A DNA stretch of 64,000 nucleotides from Bacteroidales bacterium (GTDB taxonomy: Bacteria; Bacteroidota; Bacteroidia; Bacteroidales; VadinHA17), in NCBI GenBank assembly GCA_041686075.1, contig JAWLEO010000004.1:11006-75005 (forward strand), given 5' to 3'. The position numbers were made by a program, and so were the translations under genes. Numbering within the stretch: position 1 is the stretch's first letter; the number at the start of each line of letters is the position of its first letter. A model generated the notes under the pieces. It was not told the origin of the DNA and did no database searches. It worked only from the letters and a program-made list of their open reading frames with translations. Positions 9,928-19,591 of the stretch are shown in pieces.

Positions 9928-10891
9928 GGGTAGAATAAGTACATTTATGGATGAGCATTTCAGGCATTTCAATTCCGCCAGCTTGCTTGATGCCGCGAGG
10001 GCATACAATGCACAGCTTGAAAATGGTGCCAGGATGATGATCACACTTGCCGGGGCGATGAGTACGGCAGAGCTGGGTAAATCACTCGCTGAAATGATCA
10101 GGGAAGATAAGGTGCATATCCTTACATGTACAGGGGCAAATCTTGAAGAAGATGTCTTTAACCTTGTTGCACACAGTCATTATAAAAGAATACCGGAATA
10201 CAGGAACCTTAGTGACGACCAGGAAAGCAAGCTGCTGAAAAATCATTATAACAGGGTTACCGATACATGCATACCGGAAGAAGAAGCAATGAGGAGAATA
10301 GAGAAGCACCTGATGAAAGCATGGGAGAAGGCCAGTAAGGAGGGTGAGAGATATTTCCCCCATGAATATTTTTATGATATTCTGAAGAGTGGTGAACTAA
10401 AGGAATATTATGAGATTGATCCCCGGGATTCATGGTTGCTTGCTGCAGCCGAAAAAAATCTGCCCGTAATAGTGCCGGGATGGGAGGATTCGACATGTGG
10501 CAATTTTTTCGCATCTCATTGCATACGGGGCTTATATGACACATCAATTATTCGGTCAGGGATAGAATATATGATGTTCCTTGCTGAATGGTACCAAAAG
10601 AATTCCGCCGATGGCGTTGGCTTTTTCCAGATAGGAGGTGGCATAGCCGGTGATTTCCCTGTATGTGTTGTTCCCATGTTACACCAGGATCTTCAACTTG
10701 AAGATATTCCGGTATGGTCTTATTTTTGCCAGATAAGTGATTCAACTACCAGTTATGGTTCCTATTCGGGTGCTGTGCCCAACGAGAAAATAACATGGGG
10801 TAAGCTGTCACCGGAAACACCCAGGTTTATTATTGAATCAGATGCTACGATAGTGGCCCCGCTTATGTTTGCATATATCCTTGGCTGGTAA
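9920..10891 (+). CDS. deoxyhypusine synthase-like protein (probable homospermidine synthase)
   Basis: 323 aa. IGGGIAGDF and ITWGKL resemble the GGG..KH and SWGK (catalytic Lys) motifs of DHS-family enzymes. 8-nt overlap with the agmatinase stop. Confidence 0.75.
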   Translation: MAKGRISTFMDEHFRHFNSASLLDAARAYNAQLENGARMMITLAGAMSTAELGKSLAEMIREDKVHILTCTGANLEEDVFNLVAHSHYKRIPEYRNLSDDQESKLLKNHYNRVTDTCIPEEEAMRRIEKHLMKAWEKASKEGERYFPHEYFYDILKSGELKEYYEIDPRDSWLLAAAEKNLPVIVPGWEDSTCGNFFASHCIRGLYDTSIIRSGIEYMMFLAEWYQKNSADGVGFFQIGGGIAGDFPVCVVPMLHQDLQLEDIPVWSYFCQISDSTTSYGSYSGAVPNEKITWGKLSPETPRFIIESDATIVAPLMFAYILGW

Positions 10892-10912
10892 CTCCAGATA
10901 AAACTGGAATAT

Positions 10913-11039
10913 TGGAATAATGGAACCAAGGATCCCGAGCCCTACTCCCCTCGGCACGGTTCTTCCACCTTCGCCTTTCAAGCTCCGGCGGACAAAGGGA
11001 GAACCGCGCCAGCGGGGTGAGTCAATGATGGAATAATGG
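10913..11039. repeat. GC-rich hairpin element flanked by an 11-bp direct duplication (TGGAATAATGG)
   Basis: TGGAATAATGG occurs at 10913-10923 and 11029-11039. Clamp stem is GGCACGGTTCT (10953-63) / AGAACCGCGCC (11000-10) followed by AGCG. Inner arms are CCACCTTCGCC (10965-75) / GGCGGACAAAGG (10987-98). Confidence 0.75.
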
Positions 11040-11052
11040 GTTTTAATTCGGT

Positions 11053-11883
11053 TTAATCATTCAGGGTATACCTGACAAATCCGGTTACCGTGAGATCTTT
11101 ATCTGCAGATTCAAGGTATTGCCTGATAGTTTGTTTGTTATTCTTAACGAATTCCTGGTTAAGCAGTGTATTTTCCTTAAAGAATTTACCCAGTTTGCCC
11201 ATGGCTATTTTCTCCAGCAGGTTATCGGGCTTACCTTCACGGCGTGCCTGTTCTTTACCGATCTCTAATTCCCTGTCTATATCTTCCTGTTTTACATCAT
11301 CTTTATCTACAGCAATGGGATTCATTGCAGCAATTTGCATTGTAACATCCTTGTAAACCTGGGTATCAAGGCCTGACTTATTGAATCCTGCCAGTGTAGC
11401 CAGCCTGTTACCGGGATGGATATATGAATGCACGTGCTCCGCTTTAATATTATCGTAAAACGACAGTTCTAATTTTTCTCCTATAATGCCAATTTGCTCA
11501 ACGACTTTATCTTCAATCTTAACACCATCTATTTTACTTTTTTTCAGCTCATCAAGATTCTCAGCCTTCTCTTCAAGTGCCTTATCAAGTATTTCGTTAG
11601 CCAGCTTTTCGAAGTCAGCATTTTTTGCCACAAAATCAGTTTCGCAGTTAAGCACTATGAGGGCACCAAATTTTTCATCAGCGGTGGTCCTGGCGAGCAC
11701 CACTCCTTCACTTGCTTCACGATCGGCACGTTTACTGGCAACAGCCTGTCCTTTCTTTCTTATTATTTCAATTGCTTTGTCGAAATCACCTTCAGCTTCC
11801 TGCAGGGCATTTTTACAGTCCATCATACCCGCACCGGTCATTTTTCTCAGTTTTGCTACATCAGCAGCACTTATTGAAGCCAT
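11053..11883 (-). CDS. tsf: translation elongation factor Ts
   Basis: 276 aa. N-terminal UBA-like VAKLRKMTGAGMMDCKNAL and the EF-Ts core; downstream of rpsB. Confidence 0.95.
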   Translation of the reverse strand: MASISAADVAKLRKMTGAGMMDCKNALQEAEGDFDKAIEIIRKKGQAVASKRADREASEGVVLARTTADEKFGALIVLNCETDFVAKNADFEKLANEILDKALEEKAENLDELKKSKIDGVKIEDKVVEQIGIIGEKLELSFYDNIKAEHVHSYIHPGNRLATLAGFNKSGLDTQVYKDVTMQIAAMNPIAVDKDDVKQEDIDRELEIGKEQARREGKPDNLLEKIAMGKLGKFFKENTLLNQEFVKNNKQTIRQYLESADKDLTVTGFVRYTLND

Positions 11884-11919
11884 TTTATAATCCTTTTTAT
11901 TATTTATTAGTTTGATAAA

Positions 11920-12801
11920 TTATTTTTTCCTCAGGTTCTTATCATAATCATCCCCTGTTTTTCTCCTGCGCCTGGTTTTTGGTTGTTCTTCTTCCACATT
12001 TATCTCTTCCAATTCGTCATAATCTTCAGCTTTCACCGATCTCACTTTCTTTGCGGATGCCTTTGTTTCCTTTGGTCTTTTTTCCCTGGCATCTGCTTCT
12101 TTTTCCTTTTCTGTCTTCCTCTCGTTAAGGCCTTCCTCGACTGCCTTACAAAGAATATCAACAATGAGGGATATTGACTTTGATGCATCGTCATTTGCCG
12201 GGATAGGAAAATCAACATCATTGGGGTCTGAGTTTGTATCAACCATTGCTATCACGGGTATCCCTAATTTTTTTGCCTCTCTTACTGCAATATATTCTTT
12301 GGTTATATCAACAACGAAGAGGGCGGCGGGCAACCTGGTAAGGTCAGCAATACTACCCAGCAATTTCTCCAGTTTGGCGCGCTGGCGTGTAATCTGTAAC
12401 CTTTCTCTCTTCGACAGGTTATCAAAGGTGCCGTCTGTTGACATTTTATCAATAGCCGACATTTTTTTTACTGCCTTCCTTATTGTAGGAAAATTAGTAA
12501 GCATGCCCCCGGGCCAACGCTCCGTTACGTATGGCATATTTACCTGTTTTACTTTTTCGGCAACTATGTCTTTTGCCTGCTTTTTAGTTGCTACAAATAA
12601 GATTTTTTTCCCTGATTTTGCTATCTGCTTGATGGCCGATGCCGCTTCTTCTATCTTTTGTTCTGTTTGCTCGAGGTCAATAATATGAATACCGTTACGC
12701 TCCATGAAGATGTAAGGAGCCATTGCGGGATTCCATTTCCTTTTAAGATGTCCGAAATGAACACCTGCATCCAGCAGTTCGTTGAAATTTGTTCTTGGCA
12801 T
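11920..12801 (-). CDS. rpsB: 30S ribosomal protein S2 (with K/E-rich C-terminal tail)
   Basis: 293 aa. LLDAGVHFGH..RWNP..YIF, then a charged ~60-aa tail. Confidence 0.95.
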   Translation of the reverse strand: MPRTNFNELLDAGVHFGHLKRKWNPAMAPYIFMERNGIHIIDLEQTEQKIEEAASAIKQIAKSGKKILFVATKKQAKDIVAEKVKQVNMPYVTERWPGGMLTNFPTIRKAVKKMSAIDKMSTDGTFDNLSKRERLQITRQRAKLEKLLGSIADLTRLPAALFVVDITKEYIAVREAKKLGIPVIAMVDTNSDPNDVDFPIPANDDASKSISLIVDILCKAVEEGLNERKTEKEKEADAREKRPKETKASAKKVRSVKAEDYDELEEINVEEEQPKTRRRRKTGDDYDKNLRKK

Positions 12802-12899
12802 TTTGTGATTTTAAAGTTTACATTCTGTTTGTCAATTGCATAGTAGCCCGCTGTGCGAAGTCAATGCAATTTAGATACTAAACATGCATCTATATGGTT

Positions 12900-13286
12900 T
12901 TAACGTTTACTAAATTGGAATCTCTTTCGGGCTTTGGGCTGACCCGGTTTCTTTCTTTCCACCTCCCTGGGATCTCTTGTGAGGAAACCTTCAGATTTAA
13001 GGGTAGGCTTGTCCTCTTCGTTCAGTTTTACCAGGGCCCTCGATATCCCGAGTCTTAAAGCTTCAGCCTGTCCTTTCGATCCGCCTCCGTTAAGGATTAC
13101 CTTAATGTCATATTTGTTGGAAACATTCAAAAGGTTGAGAGGTTGCATAACAACATACTGAAGTGTTTTTGCAGGGAAATACTCCTTGTAATCTTTATTG
13201 TTGACAGTGATCTGTCCTTTGCCTTCGGAAAGATAAACTCTTGCTATGGCTGATTTCCTTCTTCCTGTAGTATTGATAACTTCCAT
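12900..13286 (-). CDS. rpsI: 30S ribosomal protein S9
   Basis: 128 aa. GRRKSAIARV and C-terminal ..PGQPKARKRFQFSKR. Confidence 0.95.
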   Translation of the reverse strand: MEVINTTGRRKSAIARVYLSEGKGQITVNNKDYKEYFPAKTLQYVVMQPLNLLNVSNKYDIKVILNGGGSKGQAEALRLGISRALVKLNEEDKPTLKSEGFLTRDPREVERKKPGQPKARKRFQFSKR

Positions 13287-13289
13287 TTA

Positions 13290-13745
13290 TTATTTTATTT
13301 TATCCAGTTCGATTTTTTTTGGTTTCTGAGCTTCCTGCTCATGCTTGTCTCCAGCATATACATAGAGATTATTAAAAATAGCCCTTCCAAGCCTGTTTTT
13401 TGGCAACATTCCCCTCACAGCATTTTCCACAACTTTCTCAGGATGCTTTTTAAAAACTTCACTGACATGGACTGATTTTTGTCCACCGGGATATCCCGAA
13501 TATCTTATATATTCTTTTTCTTCCCACTTGTTTCCCGTCATTTTCACCTTGTCAGCATTTATTATTATGACATTATCACCACAATCAACGTGGGGTGTAA
13601 AGTCGGGTTTATGCTTGCCGCGGATGAGCTTTGCTACCTTTGATGCCAGGCGACCCAGAATTTCACCATCAGCATCTACAAGGAGCCACTCCTTATTCAC
13701 CGTTGCCTTATTAGCCGAAATGGTCTTGTAGCTATTGGTATTCAC
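13290..13745 (-). CDS. rplM: 50S ribosomal protein L13
   Basis: 151 aa. WLLVDADGEILGRLAS..A..LRGKHKP.FTPH.D.GD.VI. Confidence 0.95.
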   Translation of the reverse strand: MNTNSYKTISANKATVNKEWLLVDADGEILGRLASKVAKLIRGKHKPDFTPHVDCGDNVIIINADKVKMTGNKWEEKEYIRYSGYPGGQKSVHVSEVFKKHPEKVVENAVRGMLPKNRLGRAIFNNLYVYAGDKHEQEAQKPKKIELDKIK

Positions 13746-13956
13746 GTCCTTTTGTTTTAATCTTTACTATTATATTTTCCTAATATCCTGTATTTTCGGG
13801 TGTGCAAAAGTACAATATTTTTTAATAAAAAAGAATAATCCATGGATTAAATTGGGTTAAGTCTGTTATATATGCAAAAAAGTATTATCGAGCAATGTAA
13901 TCTTTCATGGTTTTTATATTTTCTTAATCTTTGGATAAAAAAATAAGAAAAAAATT

Positions 13957-14475
13957 ATGCATGAGGGCAAACGCTTAAACAGGGATTTTTTTACCAGGGA
14001 TGTTCTGGAAGTAGCTCCCTCTTTGCCTGGTAAATTATTGTGCGTAAATGATGCGGACGGCATTACAGGCAAATATATGATAACGGAAGTTGAGGCTTAT
14101 CGTGGTGAAGAGGATAAAGCCTGTCATGTAAGCAGGGGAAGGACCTCGAGGAACGAAATTATGTATCAGAGGGGAGGGTTTATATATATGTACTTAATAT
14201 ATGGCATGTACTGGATGCTCAATATTGTAACGGCAGAAAAAGAAATACCCCAGGCTGTTTTAATAAGAGGAATCAAGGGCTTTCATGGGCCGGGCAAGCT
14301 AACCAGGCATCTTAATCTGGATGGCTCATTTTATGGAGAAGATGTATGTGAATCGGAGAGGATTTGGCTGGAAGACCAGGGTATACATGTGGAAGTGAAA
14401 CAGGGAAAGCGTATAGGGATTGACTATGCCGGATCGTACTGGAGAGATATTGAGTGGAGATATTATGCAAGGTAA
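13957..14475 (+). CDS. DNA-3-methyladenine glycosylase (MPG/AAG family)
   Basis: 172 aa. FF.RDVLEVAP.L.GK.L, ITEVEAYRGEEDKACH, GGF.Y.YL.YGM..MLN.V, VLIRG motifs. Confidence 0.8.
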   Translation: MHEGKRLNRDFFTRDVLEVAPSLPGKLLCVNDADGITGKYMITEVEAYRGEEDKACHVSRGRTSRNEIMYQRGGFIYMYLIYGMYWMLNIVTAEKEIPQAVLIRGIKGFHGPGKLTRHLNLDGSFYGEDVCESERIWLEDQGIHVEVKQGKRIGIDYAGSYWRDIEWRYYAR

Positions 14476-14538
14476 TGGCTTTTCGATATATTTACAATTA
14501 ATTTCATTCAAATATGCCTTATCAAATCCTATCAAAGA

Positions 14539-17500
14539 ATGAGTGATTACAATCTCTACTTCAGAAAAATAAACAATATCACAGGCTGGGTGGTTTTCCT
14601 GATCTCACTTACTGTTTATACACTTACACTGGAACCAACTGTAAGCTTCTGGGATTGCGGTGAGTTCATCCTTTCAGCCTGGAAACTGCAGGTTGGTCAT
14701 CCCCCCGGTGCACCCTTCTTCCTTCTGCTGGGACGTTTTTTCTCATTATTCAGTTTTGGCAATGAGTCAGGTGTGGCCATGATGGTTAATTTTCTTTCCG
14801 CAATGGCCAGTGCCTTTACGATCATGTTTCTTTTCTGGACAATTACACACATGGTAAGAAAGGTTTTCCTGGATGAGGAAGCTAAAACATTTACCGGCGT
14901 AGCCACTGTAATGGCCAGTGGTGTGATAGGGGCACTTACCTGCACTTTTTGTGACACTTTTTGGTTCTCTGCTGTTGAAGGAGAAGTATATGCTACATCT
15001 TCGCTGTTCACAGCCTTAGTATTCTGGGCCATCCTCAAATGGGAAGATGAAAAGGAGGAAGGGCTCAAAGGAAGGTGGCTGGTCTTGATAGCTTACCTGA
15101 TGGGATTATCTATAGGTGTACATCTGCTTAACCTGCTTGTCTTACCGGCTATTGTGCTGGTATATTATTTCAATACATACAAGGTGACTACCAGGGGTGC
15201 AATAAAAGCATTGCTGGCATCATTTGTCATATTGGGCTTCCTGGTCTTTTTACTCTTGCCCTATACAGTAAAAATTGCAGGCTGGTTTGAACTTTTATTT
15301 GTTAACGGCCTTGGCCTTCCTTTTAACTCGGGACTTTATTTTTATTTAATACTTCTTATTGCTGTGCTTATATGGAGTATGAACTACTCAATAAGACATC
15401 ATAAGGTTTTACTCAATTACGCAGTAACAATACTGGCAGTTATTTTACTCGGCTATTCATCATATGCACTCATACCTATAAGGGCTGATGCCCGTCCTCC
15501 CATGAATCAGAATGATCCTTCAGATGTGTTCTCAATGATATATTATGTAAACAGGGAGCAGTATGGCAGCACTCCTTTGCTGACAGGTAATTATTATACT
15601 GCACCGGTTATTGATATTAAAAAGAAGACCGGAGGCTATATCAAAGAAAATGGCCGGTATCTTCCCTATAAAAAGAACGAATATGTTTTTGATGACCGAT
15701 TTACCACCATCTTCCCCAGGATGTGGAGTCCCGAGGAAAGGCATCGCTCCGAGTATGAATACTGGGGCAGGGTAGAAGGTAATAAGGTCAGAATGAATAC
15801 CTCGAGTGGTCGCCAGGAATTCATAGTTCCGACTTTTGCAGAGAACCTCAGGTTCTTTTTCAATTACCAGCTAGGCTACATGTATGGACGCTACTTTATG
15901 TGGAATTTTGTTGGAAGGCAAAACGACATACAGGGTAATGGCAATGTAATACATGGTAACTGGATCAGCGGTATTGATGCCATAGATAATTCCCGACTTT
16001 GCGACCAGGATACATTACCCGATGAGCTAAAAAATAACCCGGCAAGAAACACTTACTACTTCCTCCCACTCATCCTGGGCCTGCTGGGTATGGCCTGGCA
16101 ATACAAAAAAGACCGGAAAGGATTCTGGGTTATAACTGTTCTTTTTGTTATGACAGGCATAGCCATAGTGGTGTATCTAAACCAGTATCCCCTACAACCC
16201 CGGGAGAGGGATTATGCATATGCAGGCTCATTTTACGCTTTCTCCATATGGGTGGGTTTGGGCTTATGCTTTATAGTGGATAAGCTGGGTAAAATTGTGC
16301 CTCACAAAATAATATTGCCCGTGGCTTTCCTTATATGCCTTGCAGCGGCACCTGTTCTTATGGCAGTTCAGAACTGGGACGATCATGACCGTTCAGGCCG
16401 GTATACTGCCCGGGATATAGGCAGTAATTACCTTAACAGTTGTGACGAGAATGCAGTATTGCTGACATATGGCGATAATGACTCGTTTCCCGTATGGTAT
16501 GCACAGAATGTAGAGGGTATAAGAACCGATGTAAGGGTTGCGAACCTGAGTTATCTCTCTGCCGGCTGGTATATCGATATGATGAGGCAGAAGGCATATG
16601 AATCTGAGCCAATAAAATTTACTCTCGGACCGGAGAAGTACAGGCCCGGCAAAAGGGAGCAACTGCCCGTAACAGACAGGATAAAGAGGCCTTATGATAT
16701 TATTGAACTGATAAAATTTGCGGGCTCGGATGAAAGGCAAAGCAAGATAGATTTCTCAGGCAGGGGTGATTATTATAATTACATCCCTTCAAGCAATTTC
16801 CTTGTGCCCGTAGATTCAGCCAGGGTAATGAAAAAGGGCATAGTGAAAGACTATCAGGCTGAAAGGTTGCTTAATAATGTGATATGGCATTATGACGACA
16901 GGGAAATGTATAAAAATAACCTGGCAGTAATGGATATGTTTGGCACCAGCAAATGGGGCCGTCCTTTTTATTTTGCCAGTACGGTTCCACCATCAAACTA
17001 TATGGGCCTGGATGATTACTTTCAGCTTGAAGGGCTGGCTTACCGGATAGTACCGCTGGATTCAACGGGAACCCGCACCCAGGACATAGGATATATTGAT
17101 ACGCGGCAGATGTATGAAAATGTAATGAACAGATTTAAATGGGGCAATGCTTCAGATCCGGATGTTTACCTTGATGAAAATAACAGGCGTATGTTCAGTA
17201 ACTTCAGGAGAATGTTCGGCATGTTAGCTGAAGGTCTTATAGAAGAGGGTGATACACTTAAAGCAAAAGAAGTACTGTACAAAAGCCTGGAAGAAATACC
17301 AGCATCTAAAATTGGACATAACTACTATTCAATTAATCTTTTCAATGGCTTATACAGGGTGGGAGAAAAAGAAGAGTCCATGAAGATAGCTGTTGACATA
17401 GTCAATAATGCCAGGGCATACCTTGAAATGGTACTTCAACTGGAGACTGCAAGAAGATACGATCTTGATTATGTAATTGGTTTAAACATACAGGCACTTA

Positions 17501-17607
17501 TCAGCCTCTATAACATGTCTGCCTCGATGGGCATAACTGACCTTATGGATCTCATTGAGCCGGATATTGACCGCTATTATAATGAACTAATTATGAAACC
17601 TTCATGA
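14539..17607 (+). CDS. DUF2723/TMEM260-like polytopic membrane protein (putative glycosyltransferase) with C-terminal soluble domain
   Basis: 1022 aa with a large N-terminal multi-TM region. The SFWDCGEF motif in the first loop is typical of this family. The helical C-terminal part is by-eye recognition only. Confidence 0.65.
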   Translation: MSDYNLYFRKINNITGWVVFLISLTVYTLTLEPTVSFWDCGEFILSAWKLQVGHPPGAPFFLLLGRFFSLFSFGNESGVAMMVNFLSAMASAFTIMFLFWTITHMVRKVFLDEEAKTFTGVATVMASGVIGALTCTFCDTFWFSAVEGEVYATSSLFTALVFWAILKWEDEKEEGLKGRWLVLIAYLMGLSIGVHLLNLLVLPAIVLVYYFNTYKVTTRGAIKALLASFVILGFLVFLLLPYTVKIAGWFELLFVNGLGLPFNSGLYFYLILLIAVLIWSMNYSIRHHKVLLNYAVTILAVILLGYSSYALIPIRADARPPMNQNDPSDVFSMIYYVNREQYGSTPLLTGNYYTAPVIDIKKKTGGYIKENGRYLPYKKNEYVFDDRFTTIFPRMWSPEERHRSEYEYWGRVEGNKVRMNTSSGRQEFIVPTFAENLRFFFNYQLGYMYGRYFMWNFVGRQNDIQGNGNVIHGNWISGIDAIDNSRLCDQDTLPDELKNNPARNTYYFLPLILGLLGMAWQYKKDRKGFWVITVLFVMTGIAIVVYLNQYPLQPRERDYAYAGSFYAFSIWVGLGLCFIVDKLGKIVPHKIILPVAFLICLAAAPVLMAVQNWDDHDRSGRYTARDIGSNYLNSCDENAVLLTYGDNDSFPVWYAQNVEGIRTDVRVANLSYLSAGWYIDMMRQKAYESEPIKFTLGPEKYRPGKREQLPVTDRIKRPYDIIELIKFAGSDERQSKIDFSGRGDYYNYIPSSNFLVPVDSARVMKKGIVKDYQAERLLNNVIWHYDDREMYKNNLAVMDMFGTSKWGRPFYFASTVPPSNYMGLDDYFQLEGLAYRIVPLDSTGTRTQDIGYIDTRQMYENVMNRFKWGNASDPDVYLDENNRRMFSNFRRMFGMLAEGLIEEGDTLKAKEVLYKSLEEIPASKIGHNYYSINLFNGLYRVGEKEESMKIAVDIVNNARAYLEMVLQLETARRYDLDYVIGLNIQALISLYNMSASMGITDLMDLIEPDIDRYYNELIMKPS

Positions 17608-18227
17608 TTCCAAGATTTTTTAGATTCCCCGCCGTGGCACGATTATTTTACAGGGATGCCATTTACAGGATCAAGGGAAGTGGCAGGAAAATATATCTCA
17701 CATTCGATGACGGTCCGTCTGAAGAGGGTACCGGGGAAATAATAGGTGTACTTAAACAGAATGATATCGGTCAGGCAGTATTTTTTTGTACGGGCTCAAA
17801 TATCCATAAGTATCCTGGTTCGGCAGTGATGATAAAAAATAATGGGTACTCACTGGCAAATCATGGTTACCTTCACCTGGATGGCTGGAAAAGCAGGCGC
17901 AGGGACTATGTTGATAATTGTATTAAGGGATCGGAACTCAGCGGCTCAATGTTTTACAGGCCGCCATACGGTCACCTTTCGGTGCCTCAGTATATGGATT
18001 TAAGGAAAATAATGAAAATTGTTTTCTGGGACCTCTTATTGTATGATTTCGACAAAAAGCTGCAGGCGGAATATATACTGAGGAAATCTGAAAAACTCCT
18101 TCGCCCGGGATCTGTCGTTGTATTACACGATAAAGAAAATATGTGTGCACTGAGGGTACTTGAGGGGTTGATAAGCCTGTGCATAAACAGAGGGTATGAA
18201 TTTGGAGATCTGACAAAAGATTTGTAA
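17604..18227 (+). CDS. polysaccharide deacetylase (NodB-homology) family protein
   Basis: 207 aa. LTFDDGPS motif and later His residues (HGYLH). ATGA start/stop overlap with the upstream gene. Confidence 0.75.
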   Translation: MIPRFFRFPAVARLFYRDAIYRIKGSGRKIYLTFDDGPSEEGTGEIIGVLKQNDIGQAVFFCTGSNIHKYPGSAVMIKNNGYSLANHGYLHLDGWKSRRRDYVDNCIKGSELSGSMFYRPPYGHLSVPQYMDLRKIMKIVFWDLLLYDFDKKLQAEYILRKSEKLLRPGSVVVLHDKENMCALRVLEGLISLCINRGYEFGDLTKDL

Positions 18228-18316
18228 GCTTTTGGGACTTATGAGACAGCCCCAGGAGAATTTTTTTTCTTCGCCGTATATGCTATTTTTGAGAAATTTA
18301 TTGAATTCCAGATAAT

Positions 18317-19588
18317 ATGAATGTTCTTATACTTGGATCGGGAGGGAGAGAACACACCCTCTCATGGAAAATATCACAGAGTGACAGGCTTAGTAAAATA
18401 TATATTGCACCCGGCAATGCAGGTACCGCTCTCGAAGGCGAAAATGTGAATCTTGATATCGGCAATTTTGAATCTGTTGCTGAATTTGCTCTTGAGAACA
18501 AAATAGATATAATAATTGTCGGACCCGAAGCACCCCTGGTGGCAGGTATCCATGATTTTTTTATTGAAAATGAAAAATACAGACATATACCGGTGGTGGG
18601 GCCCCAGAAAAGAGGGGCAATGCTGGAAGGGAGCAAAGATTTTGCAAAAGGCTTCATGAAGAAGTACGGGATACCCACGGCAGCTTACAGGAGCTTTAAC
18701 AAAGAAAGTTTTGATGATGCACGCGAATTCCTGAAGACCATGAAGAAACCCTATGTTTTAAAAGCTGATGGACTTGCTGCGGGGAAGGGAGTATTGATAT
18801 TAGATGATTATGATGAAGCTGTTAATGAACTTGACAGGATGTTCTCGGGGAAATTCGGAGAGGCAGGAAACATTGTAGTAATTGAGGAATTTCTTAAGGG
18901 GATAGAATTATCGGTCTTCGTTATTACAGACGGAGATGATTATAAGATTCTTCCCGAAGCCAAGGATTATAAACGAGTGGGTGAAAAAGATACGGGGCTC
19001 AATACAGGTGGCATGGGCGCTGTTTCACCGGTGCCCTTTGCAGATGATATCTTTCTCAAAAGAGTTGAGGAGAGAATTATTAAGCCAACCGTATCAGGAC
19101 TGAAAAGAGAAGGTATAAGATATAAGGGCTTTATTTATTTTGGGCTTATGAATGTAAGTGGGAATCCCTATGTTGTTGAATACAATGTACGTATGGGTGA
19201 CCCCGAGGCTGAGGTCGTGATACCGAGGATAAAGAGTGATTTGATGGATTTGCTGCTTGGTGTTGCTCAAGGTAACCTGGGGAAAAGAAAGCTTGAAATA
19301 TCATCAGATACCGTTACCACTGTAATGCTTGTATCGGGAGGTTATCCAGGTTCGTATAAGAAAGGGAAGGAAATAATGAATATTGACAGGACCCGGGATA
19401 GTATTATTTTCCAGGCAGGCACAAAAATGGATGGTGGAAGATTGCTGACTTCCGGAGGCAGGGTTCTGGCAATAAGCTCTTTTGGACATAATTTAAAAGA
19501 GGCATTGAAAAAATCATACAGGAATGCGGAAATAATTGATTTCGAAGGTAAATATTTCAGGAAAGATATTGGATTTGACTTATACTAA
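18317..19588 (+). CDS. purD: phosphoribosylamine--glycine ligase
   Basis: 423 aa. MNVLILGSGGREH..W, ATP-grasp core, GLNTGGMGA, and VEYNVRMGDPE (cf. the E.N.R.GDPE pattern). Confidence 0.95.
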   Translation: MNVLILGSGGREHTLSWKISQSDRLSKIYIAPGNAGTALEGENVNLDIGNFESVAEFALENKIDIIIVGPEAPLVAGIHDFFIENEKYRHIPVVGPQKRGAMLEGSKDFAKGFMKKYGIPTAAYRSFNKESFDDAREFLKTMKKPYVLKADGLAAGKGVLILDDYDEAVNELDRMFSGKFGEAGNIVVIEEFLKGIELSVFVITDGDDYKILPEAKDYKRVGEKDTGLNTGGMGAVSPVPFADDIFLKRVEERIIKPTVSGLKREGIRYKGFIYFGLMNVSGNPYVVEYNVRMGDPEAEVVIPRIKSDLMDLLLGVAQGNLGKRKLEISSDTVTTVMLVSGGYPGSYKKGKEIMNIDRTRDSIIFQAGTKMDGGRLLTSGGRVLAISSFGHNLKEALKKSYRNAEIIDFEGKYFRKDIGFDLY

Positions 19589-19591
19589 TAT

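Noticed and set aside
11920-12110. K/E-rich C-terminal tail of ribosomal protein S2 as a gene fusion
   Set aside because: It is continuous in frame with rpsB and has no separate start. Charged tails on S2 occur in various bacteria, and there is no evidence of a distinct domain.
13803-13810. TACTTTTG (minus strand) as the rplM operon promoter
   Set aside because: A good -7 element lies ~60 nt upstream of rplM, but no TTTG is found at the expected 19-21-nt spacing. That is too weak to list as a feature.
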